Virus record (IMG/VR): IMGVR_UViG_3300044694_000062
Coordinates: 1 to 64,000 of that record
Strand: one strand, 5' to 3'
Origin: an uncultured virus (IMG/VR IMGVR_UViG_3300044694_000062)
Lineage: Duplodnaviria; Heunggongvirae; Uroviricota; Caudoviricetes
Length of the DNA stretch: 64,000 nt
Below the pieces are notes generated by a model. It worked only from the letters and a program-made list of their open reading frames with translations. It searched no databases and had not been told where the DNA came from. Position 1 is the stretch's first letter, and every line of letters starts with the position of its first letter. Positions 56,840 to 64,000 of this stretch are shown in pieces. Position numbers and translations under genes: made by a program.

Positions 56840-58030
56840 ATGCCGAAGCTCACGAAGACCGTCGTCGACAACGCCAAGGCACCCGAGAAGGGCGACGAAT
56901 GGTGGTGGGACACAGAGGTGCCAGGCTTCGGCCTGCGTGTCCAGGCGAGCGGCCGCAAGACCTATGTGGTCCGGTACCGCAACGCCTCGCACACCCAGCG
57001 CAAGATGACCATCGGCCGGGCCTGCGACATGACGCCGGACAAGGCCCGCGACCTGGCCCGGAAGGTCTTCACCGCGGTGGCCGAGGGTCGTGACCCGGCG
57101 GTCGAGCGCGAGGAAGCGCGCAGCGCGCCAACCACGCAAGACCTGCGGGATCGGTTCATGAAGGAGCACGCGATCCCGTTCAAGAAGCCGCGCAGCGCGG
57201 CGCTCGACGAGACGAACTGGCGGCTGCACGTGCTGCCCAAGCACGCCGGCAAGAAGGTGGCCGAGTGGACCAAGGCCGACGTGGTGAAGCTGCAGGCCGA
57301 GCTCGCGAAGACCCCCGCCCTTGCCAACCAGATCGTGGCGCTGCTCGGCAAGGCCTTCAACCTGGCCGAGGACTGGGGCTGGCGGCCGCAGAACAGCAAC
57401 CCTTGCCGCCGGCTGAAGAAGTTCCGGCTGAAGACCCGCGACCTGATCCTGTCGGTGCCGGACACGGCCGCCGTCGACCAGGCCTGCACCGAACTGACCA
57501 GCGCGGGCGAGCTCGACCTGCCCATGGCCGCCCTGGCGCGCCTGTGGATGATCACCGGCTGCCGCAACAGCGAGATCCGCACCGCGCGGCGCGAGTGGGT
57601 CAGCTTCGACCTGAAGGCCTTGCTGCTGCCGGACTCGAAGGTCGGCCAGCGCGAGATCCCGCTGCCCGATGCTGCGCTCGACATCGTGCGCGAGCTCGAC
57701 GCGGTATATGGCGCCGGTCGCGAATGGCTGATTCCCGGCCGGCTGGCCGGCGAGCCGCTGAAGTCGCCATGGAAGCGCTGGAAGAAGATCGCGGCGCGCG
57801 CCGGCGTGTCGACACGCTCGACGCCGCACACCCTGCGCCACACGGTCGGCTCGATCGGCCACCGGGCCGCCGGCCTGTCGCAAAAGCAGATCGCGATGCA
57901 GCTGGGCCACCGACAGATGAGCACGACCGAGCGCTACATCCACGGCGAGCAGTCGGAGCAGGCGCAGGTGGCGACCAAGATCGCGAACGTGATCACGGGC
58001 GGCTGGAAAAGGGAAACGGAGGCTGCATGA
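56840..58030 (+). CDS. int: Tyrosine integrase with arm-binding domain
   Basis: WWDTEVPGFGLRV; catalytic TGCR, DSK, HTLRH and LGH...TERY. Confidence 0.95.
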   Translation: MPKLTKTVVDNAKAPEKGDEWWWDTEVPGFGLRVQASGRKTYVVRYRNASHTQRKMTIGRACDMTPDKARDLARKVFTAVAEGRDPAVEREEARSAPTTQDLRDRFMKEHAIPFKKPRSAALDETNWRLHVLPKHAGKKVAEWTKADVVKLQAELAKTPALANQIVALLGKAFNLAEDWGWRPQNSNPCRRLKKFRLKTRDLILSVPDTAAVDQACTELTSAGELDLPMAALARLWMITGCRNSEIRTARREWVSFDLKALLLPDSKVGQREIPLPDAALDIVRELDAVYGAGREWLIPGRLAGEPLKSPWKRWKKIAARAGVSTRSTPHTLRHTVGSIGHRAAGLSQKQIAMQLGHRQMSTTERYIHGEQSEQAQVATKIANVITGGWKRETEAA

Positions 58031-58098
58031 ATTGTTCGCCTAGACGAACACACATGATCAAATCCGGTTATACTGGCGTTGTACTTCAGGAGACCGCG

Positions 58099-59001
58099 AT
58101 GATGCCCTCGACCGCCTTCGACGACATGGAAAGCGACCTCGCAAGCGCGCCGGTGCGCGCGCCGAGCGCGGCCCAGGCCGCGGCGCCCGTCTACACCCAG
58201 CCCTGCCCGAAGTGCCGCGGCACCGGCAGGTACCTCGGCCCGAGCTCGCACGGCAACGTCTGCTTCAAGTGCAACGGCGCGCGCGTCCTGACATTCAAGA
58301 CCAGCCCGTTCGAGCGCCTGAAGGCCGCGCAGCAGCGGGCCCAGCGCGAGGAGCGCAAGGCCGGCAGCCGCTGGGAGGAGTTCAAAGCCGCCAACGAGGC
58401 CGAGGCCGAGTGGATCCTGCGCCGCGCCGAGAGCTTCGACTTCGCTGCGCAGATGCACGCCGCGGTGCAGCGCTGGGGGAACCTGACGCCCGGCCAGCTG
58501 GGCGCCGTGCGCAAGTGCATGGCGAGCGATCTCGATCGCGAGATGCGCCGCCAGCAGGCCGCCGAGGAGCGCAAGGCGGCCGAGGCAGCGGCGCCGACCG
58601 TCGCCGCCGCTCCGCTGGAGAAGGTCGAGCAGGCCTTCGCCAACGCGCTTGCCAAGGGTGTACGCACGCCGAAGCTGCGGCTCGACACGTTCGTGCTCAG
58701 CCCGGCCAAGGCGAGCAGCAAGAACGCCGGCGCCATCTACGTCACCTCGAAAGAGCGCACCGGCGAAGACGGCCGCGGCGCCTACCTCGGCAAGATCATC
58801 GGCGGCAGGTTCCTGAAGGTGCGCGAGTGCAGCCCCGACGAGGAGCTGCGCATTGTGGCGGCCGCGTCGGACCCGGAGAAGGCGGCTGTCGCCTACGGCC
58901 AGCGCTTCGGCGCGTGCTCGGTCTGCGGCCGCGAGCTCACCGACAGCACCAGCATCGATCGCGGCATCGGCCCGATCTGCGCCAGCCGGATGGGGTGGTG
59001 A
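58099..59001 (+). CDS. Zn-finger phage protein (DUF6011-like C-terminus)
   Basis: CPKCRG...CFKCNG; CSVCGRELTDSTSIDRGIGPICA. Confidence 0.8.
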   Translation: MMPSTAFDDMESDLASAPVRAPSAAQAAAPVYTQPCPKCRGTGRYLGPSSHGNVCFKCNGARVLTFKTSPFERLKAAQQRAQREERKAGSRWEEFKAANEAEAEWILRRAESFDFAAQMHAAVQRWGNLTPGQLGAVRKCMASDLDREMRRQQAAEERKAAEAAAPTVAAAPLEKVEQAFANALAKGVRTPKLRLDTFVLSPAKASSKNAGAIYVTSKERTGEDGRGAYLGKIIGGRFLKVRECSPDEELRIVAAASDPEKAAVAYGQRFGACSVCGRELTDSTSIDRGIGPICASRMGW

Positions 59002-59210
59002 GCGTGCCCTACGATCCAGCCCACTTCGAGATCCAGGAGACGATCATCGCCGACGATCACCTGCCCCGCCTGACGGTGCAGGATCTCGACCTGGAGCCGA
59101 TGGACGATCGGCGCCCGGGCGAGGGCGCCACGTTTCGCAACCCCGCGCCGGCACGCCGGCCGCGCCCGGGGCGCCTCGCGCGCCTGGCGGCGTGGCTGCT
59201 GCGGCGCTAG
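58998..59210 (+). CDS. Small hypothetical protein
   Basis: GTGA overlap. Confidence 0.5.
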   Translation: MSVPYDPAHFEIQETIIADDHLPRLTVQDLDLEPMDDRRPGEGATFRNPAPARRPRPGRLARLAAWLLRR

Positions 59211-59228
59211 ACCTGAAAGGAGACCCCC

Positions 59229-59492
59229 ATGGGCCAATCCCATCAACCCCCTGATGCGAGCCATCTACAACGCCCTCTGATGCGAGCCATCTACAACGCC
59301 CTGTTCCGGCGCATCTCGGTGAAGCGTGAGCTCGAAGACCTGCGCTACGAAGCCGAGCGCAAGCGCATCGAGTACCAGCTTTCGGCGGACTACAACCAGG
59401 CGCTGGCCGATATGTACTCGCGCCGCATCGCGTGGATCGACGATCAGCTGTCCGCCGGCGCGCCGCCGGTGCCGCTGCGCGCTGCCGCTTAG
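59229..59492 (+). CDS. Hypothetical protein with a 26-bp tandem duplication near its start
   Basis: AAAGGAG RBS; duplication at 59251-59302. Confidence 0.6.
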   Translation: MGQSHQPPDASHLQRPLMRAIYNALFRRISVKRELEDLRYEAERKRIEYQLSADYNQALADMYSRRIAWIDDQLSAGAPPVPLRAAA

Positions 59493-62400
59493 GAGCCGCG
59501 CACCGTCAGCGCCAGTGCGTCGGGGCCAGGGTACGGCGGCGAGGAGTAGCCTCCCCACGAGAAGTTGCACGTGATCGCCGCGATGGCGGACTGCTTCTGA
59601 ATCCACACGGACGCCGGGTAGATTCGGCCGGCCAACGCCTCCTGCAACGTCGTCCAGCCTGCCGGGGGCGTGAGGGTGGTGGAGGTGTCGCCGTTCGAGC
59701 AGGCCATCACGATGGCGAGATCGCTCGCGCGCGTGCCGGTGCCGATGCTGAAGGTCTGCGTCGTCGAGAAGCGATCCCCGTTCAGCGTGGCCTCCGGGAT
59801 GTCGAGGAATGCCGCCAGGTCACAGCCGGAGAGCTCGACGATGAACACCTGCGTAGCTGTCACCGTCGTGACGCTCACGGTGTAGTCACCACCACCCGCA
59901 TCGCGGATCTGTGCATACCGCATCCGCGTTGGGTCCACGTAGAACGTGTTCGCGATGGTGTAGAGGTTGTTCCCCCGGTTGTCGGTCATCGCGCTGATGC
60001 TGCCGCTGCCGCCGTCGAGCGGGTTGCACACCATCACGAGCAGCCAATTCCCGGAGGTGACTCCGGTGAGCGTCACTGAATCGCTGGTGCTGGCGGCCAT
60101 GGCCTTGCCCACCGACTGCACCACTTGCGGGTCGGCCGGCGCCGCACTCACCGGCCCGATGCTGTTGGACGTCGCCACGCCGCTGCCAGTCGTCGAATCC
60201 AAAGCGAAGACTTGGCAGTCGATCACATCGCCGCCATCGGCCGAGACCAGCGTGTAGGTGTTCGACGTGGCTCCCACGATGTTGGCGCCGCCGCGACGCC
60301 ACTGGTAGGCATAGCCCGAGATGGTGCCGCTCGTCGCGCTCCAGGTGCCATCGGTCACTGAGAGCGCGCTGCCCACGCTGGCCGTGCCGCTCGCCACTGG
60401 AGCGACGGAGCACACCGGGCCGCCAGCGCCAAGCGCGATCGCGCCTACCGTGAGTGTCAGCACCGTAGAGCCGGCGCCGTTCGTGGCCGTGACCCTTACG
60501 CGCAACGTCTGCCGCACATCGGATGCGGTCGGCGTATATGTGGTCCCGGTGGCGCCAGGCACGTCAGCGCCTCCCACCGACCATTGCACAGTGACGCTGG
60601 TGGGCGAGTTGCCCCACGATCCAGTGCTGACGGTCGTGGTGACTCCCACCTGCGGGCCGCCGCTTGTCGAGGGTGGCACCACTGCGTAGGGCGTCGGGTC
60701 GGGATATTCAAGCGCCCCCACGTCCGGCGCGCCGCCGAGCTCGCGGGAACTCAGCGCTGTCCAGTCGTCGAAGACTGGATAGCCCGCCGGCAGTGGCTGC
60801 GTGCCCGCGTTGATCGCTGGCGAGGTGGACTGCAGCGTGAAGTCTCCACCGGCTGCATTCGTGAACTTCGGGTCGGCGACGATCGCGAGACTGTCTCCAA
60901 TGGTCGATGGCGATGCCGGGCTCTGACCGTTGGCGTAGTAGAGATTGCGCTTGAATGTAAAGCCCGTGCCTTTTCCGCTGTTGTCCGCGTACCACTGCGT
61001 ACCCGCCAGGGTGTTGGGCCCGAAGGCGAAGATGTTGTTGTAGACCATCACCGAGTGGTTCGGTGAGGACTGGTCTCCCTCGTTGCGCACCATCGACAGG
61101 CCGAGGCTGTTCGAGCGGTTGCAGTCATAGATCGTGTGGTACGCGAAGAGCGCAGTTCCTTGCGGCGCATTGGTGTTCATGCGCAGCGGCGGCAACCCGG
61201 TGCCGATGATCACGTTGTTCCAGCACGCGACATCCATCGTTCCGGCGCCGGTGGGGCCTACGTCTGCGAAGTTGATGCCGTACTTCGCGGCCACCTCAAG
61301 CCAATTGTGATGAATGCGCACCTGCGTGAAGCCCGGCCACACACCTTCAGGCGTCACTGCGATGCCCATGAGGCCGTCGGAATCGTTGAACTGGATGTGC
61401 GATCCGCCCACGCAGTTGAAGAGCCAGTTGTAGGCGATCTCCCAGCCCAGGGCCATGGTGCCGGCATAAATGCCGTGGTTCTGCAGGTCGCTCGTGCCCT
61501 CGATGTCGTGGATCTTATTGCCGAAGATGAAGACCCGATCGCCGGCGCCCGTGACGCCGGCCGCGTTCAAAACTGAACTATTGCCAGCCACCCAAGGCCC
61601 GAGCTCCATGTTGACGACGCGCACATGGCCTTCCGATGACTGGATGTTGACCGGGCCAGCATCGCGCGTGGCACCTCCGCTCACCTCGATGTGCATGTTG
61701 GCGACAGACCAGAAGTCGCCCGTGGTGCCCGCATAGACCTCGCCCGCGCCCTGGAATCCTCCCTTGCATCCAGAGGGTGTGGTGTAGTGGACCGTCTCAC
61801 CGGGGTAGCTGGTGAAGTTGATCCAGCCGGTGCCGCTCGCACCGGTGGGCTGGGAGCCCTCCTGTTGATGATCACGGAAGCGGAACCATGCAGTGTCGTA
61901 GCCGATGTCTGCCCAATCCCCGCCTCGGATCACGACCTGGTCGCCAGGCAGAAGGATGGGGTAAATGCCGCCTGAAAAGCGGTCCGGCAGCTGCAGGTGG
62001 CGCCACGGCCTGGTGATGTCGTTGGGCGCGGCGGTGGTGTCATTGCCGGTCAAAGAGACGTAAAGGACTCGGCCCGGGTTGGGCGTCCATTGGTGGTCCG
62101 CATTGCTCTCGATGGACCCGACCTTGACCACGATAGGGATGGGCACGCCCAGCGCGGCGCCTCCGAGCGTACCGGTGCGCACGACGATTCGCTGCACGCC
62201 GAACTTCGAGTACGTGACGGCGTTGTCCTGCAGCACGTAGGCCGCGACCTCGGCGCCGCCGATGTAGACCTTCGTCGTGGTGCCCAGGCCTGTGCCGTCC
62301 CCGAAGTTCTTTCCGAAGATCGACAAGTAAGCACCGAGGTCGCCATCGCCACCACTGGGCGGACCGCTGACAAAGTCGGTGTAGAGCACCACCGGATTAC

Positions 62401-63286
62401 CGGTGTTGATCAGGTTGTTGATCGCGAGAGTGAGGTAACCCGCGGTCTGCGGGCCGCCGCTGTAGGCAACCTCGTAGGAGATCAGCGGCACCGGGCCAAA
62501 CCAATCGGCATCTGGCACGAAGGTGTAGGCTCCGTCCGCCTGCAGGGTGATCGACCCGACACCTGGAATGCTCACCGGCGTGCTGCTCGGGGTTTGCGTG
62601 CCCGCCACGCCGGCGATGGTGAAGCTGACCACGGAAAGCGCCACCGGCTCCCACGCATAGGCGTAGTAGTAGAGGACGTTGCCGGTGATCGTGGTGTTCA
62701 GCGGCGCGCTGTTGTTGACGCTTTCCACCACCGGAGCACTGTCGGTGCCGGAGATGGTGACGGTGAGAACGCTGCTGCTCAAGCCGCCCTTGCCATCGGC
62801 GAGCGTGTAGGTGAACAGCTCGTGCACCACAGCGCCAGCGCGCAAGGCTCGCGCGGCAGCGCCGAGGCCATATGTCCACGAGCCATCGGGGTGCACGATC
62901 ATCGTGCCGTACGCGCAGTTGAAGCCCGCATCGAGGGCATAGGGCGCGCCGTTGTAGACCAGGCTCTGGATGTAGAAGGTGTCGCCGTCCGGGTCGTAGT
63001 CGGACGCGATCAGGTTGCCGGTGTACTCGACATCCGTGTCGACACCGCCCGCGCTGGAGTTGTGCGACACCGGCGGACGATTGAAGCCGGCCGACACCAG
63101 CTGCGTCACCAGGTCGTTGAACGAGAACGGCGTGCCGTTCGTGATCAGGTTGAAAAGGTACTCGGTGCGATTGAGTAGCGCCTGCGCCTGCATGTTGGCT
63201 GCACCGCCAGGGCCGCCAATCGCTCGCGTGTTCAGCTCAAGCTCGGGAACGCTGTCCCAGCCCGGATTCGGAGTAAGAGTCGTCAT
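59489..63286 (-). CDS. Tail-fibre-like protein with VCBS/Ig repeats and a beta-helix domain
   Basis: Fibre-type N-terminus GGPGGAANMQAQALLNRTEYL; VCBS-like FTYTLADG; beta-helix-like FGNKIHD...HGIY; DFTLQSTSPAINAG...PDVGALE; Ig-like YAYQWRR repeats. Confidence 0.75.
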   Translation of the reverse strand: MTTLTPNPGWDSVPELELNTRAIGGPGGAANMQAQALLNRTEYLFNLITNGTPFSFNDLVTQLVSAGFNRPPVSHNSSAGGVDTDVEYTGNLIASDYDPDGDTFYIQSLVYNGAPYALDAGFNCAYGTMIVHPDGSWTYGLGAAARALRAGAVVHELFTYTLADGKGGLSSSVLTVTISGTDSAPVVESVNNSAPLNTTITGNVLYYYAYAWEPVALSVVSFTIAGVAGTQTPSSTPVSIPGVGSITLQADGAYTFVPDADWFGPVPLISYEVAYSGGPQTAGYLTLAINNLINTGNPVVLYTDFVSGPPSGGDGDLGAYLSIFGKNFGDGTGLGTTTKVYIGGAEVAAYVLQDNAVTYSKFGVQRIVVRTGTLGGAALGVPIPIVVKVGSIESNADHQWTPNPGRVLYVSLTGNDTTAAPNDITRPWRHLQLPDRFSGGIYPILLPGDQVVIRGGDWADIGYDTAWFRFRDHQQEGSQPTGASGTGWINFTSYPGETVHYTTPSGCKGGFQGAGEVYAGTTGDFWSVANMHIEVSGGATRDAGPVNIQSSEGHVRVVNMELGPWVAGNSSVLNAAGVTGAGDRVFIFGNKIHDIEGTSDLQNHGIYAGTMALGWEIAYNWLFNCVGGSHIQFNDSDGLMGIAVTPEGVWPGFTQVRIHHNWLEVAAKYGINFADVGPTGAGTMDVACWNNVIIGTGLPPLRMNTNAPQGTALFAYHTIYDCNRSNSLGLSMVRNEGDQSSPNHSVMVYNNIFAFGPNTLAGTQWYADNSGKGTGFTFKRNLYYANGQSPASPSTIGDSLAIVADPKFTNAAGGDFTLQSTSPAINAGTQPLPAGYPVFDDWTALSSRELGGAPDVGALEYPDPTPYAVVPPSTSGGPQVGVTTTVSTGSWGNSPTSVTVQWSVGGADVPGATGTTYTPTASDVRQTLRVRVTATNGAGSTVLTLTVGAIALGAGGPVCSVAPVASGTASVGSALSVTDGTWSATSGTISGYAYQWRRGGANIVGATSNTYTLVSADGGDVIDCQVFALDSTTGSGVATSNSIGPVSAAPADPQVVQSVGKAMAASTSDSVTLTGVTSGNWLLVMVCNPLDGGSGSISAMTDNRGNNLYTIANTFYVDPTRMRYAQIRDAGGGDYTVSVTTVTATQVFIVELSGCDLAAFLDIPEATLNGDRFSTTQTFSIGTGTRASDLAIVMACSNGDTSTTLTPPAGWTTLQEALAGRIYPASVWIQKQSAIAAITCNFSWGGYSSPPYPGPDALALTVRGS

Positions 63287-63336
63287 CGTGTGCTGCTGCC
63301 GCCTTCTAGCAGCAGTCTTGCATCACGACGGTGCCC

Positions 63337-63582
63337 TCACTCGCAGGCCTTCGAGGCGGCTTCCAGCTGCATCTCGTAGGCGATGCGCTGCTCGCGCTCG
63401 GCCAGCAGCGCCCGCACCTTCTCGTACAGTCCCGAGCCGGTCTGCAGCGCGTCAGTGGCCCACACCGGCTTGTCGGGCGCCTTGACGTGGCACTGCACCG
63501 GCACAGGCACCTCGATGCGCTGCGGCATCGTGTTGCAGCCGGCGAGCGCCGCCAGAATGAGCAAGATCAGCGCGCGCTTCAT
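63337..63582 (-). CDS. o-spanin (Rz1-like lipoprotein)
   Basis: Signal peptide with LAGC lipobox; Pro-rich; follows the i-spanin. Confidence 0.8.
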   Translation of the reverse strand: MKRALILLILAALAGCNTMPQRIEVPVPVQCHVKAPDKPVWATDALQTGSGLYEKVRALLAEREQRIAYEMQLEAASKACE

Positions 63583-63929
63583 TTTCCGAGCTCCTGAGAG
63601 ATCAGGTCCGCAGCTGCCTGGCAATCGTCCTGGCCGGCCGGCTTCTGGCGCAACAGCAGCTGCTGCGCGCGGGTCTGATGCCGGCGTGCCTCGGCCTGCG
63701 CGGCGTCGATCGCGGCCTGCGCCTGCTGCGCGCGCTCCTTGGCGTCGGACTTCATCTTCTCGATGGCCGTGTTCTGGTCCTTGATGTCCTGGCCCATCTG
63801 CGCTACCTGGTTGCGCGCGAGCTCCAGGCGCGGCGCGTAGAACAGGTGCGATCCTCCGGCACCAATGAGGACGCCGATCGCCAGCAGCAGCACGGCCGCC
63901 AGCAGTTTCTCCTGAAGCGTTGCGAGCAT
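63579..63929 (-). CDS. i-spanin (Rz-like)
   Basis: N-terminal TM helix, coiled coil and C-terminal Cys. Confidence 0.75.
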   Translation of the reverse strand: MLATLQEKLLAAVLLLAIGVLIGAGGSHLFYAPRLELARNQVAQMGQDIKDQNTAIEKMKSDAKERAQQAQAAIDAAQAEARRHQTRAQQLLLRQKPAGQDDCQAAADLISQELGK

Positions 63930-64000
63930 CACCGCACCTCGGATCGGTCGGCCTTCTGCGCGACGGTCGACTTGAGCTCATCGATCTTGTCGAAGACTTT
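63929..64000 (-). CDS. 3' end of a lysis-region gene (partial)
   Basis: ...KVFDKIDELKSTVAQKADRSEVR*, coupled to the spanin start. Confidence 0.5.
   Translation of the reverse strand, partial: KVFDKIDELKSTVAQKADRSEVR

Noticed and set aside
59489..63286. Diversity-generating retroelement target
   Set aside because: No reverse transcriptase and no template/variable repeat pair were seen in the window.

Overview
The whole window is about 64 kb of a large, high-GC temperate tailed phage, probably infecting a betaproteobacterium (inferred from composition and gene types). No host housekeeping genes are visible, and phage genes lie on both sides of the integrase/tRNA-Leu locus, so this looks like the unintegrated form. 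Left part (minus strand): a head and packaging module with terminases, portal and a gp7/F-like head protein, plus probable capsid-packaged enzymes (DarB-like methyltransferase-SNF2 helicase, pyrophosphatase-domain protein, zeta-like kinase) and a Ser/Thr phosphatase. Middle: many small accessory genes (acyl carrier protein, TrpF-like, nucleotidase, metallopeptidase, two Dam-like methylases, beta-clamp-like), a repeat-rich candidate origin, primase-helicase, SSB, helicases and a RecE-like exonuclease. Right end: tRNA-Leu, a tyrosine integrase, a chimeric tail-fibre/beta-helix protein and spanins. The most unusual signals are non-coding: (i) an array of tRNA-shaped RNAs sharing one acceptor-stem sequence and joined by repeated linker stems (8684-10430), one exposing an anti-Shine-Dalgarno loop; (ii) an 11-copy late-promoter motif TCGTGA-N3-(-10) that drives leaderless mRNAs and two apparently non-coding or minigene transcripts; (iii) a dispersed 16-bp GATC-containing operator; (iv) cassette-like intergenic repeats. 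All product calls come from motif recognition by eye; no database search was run.
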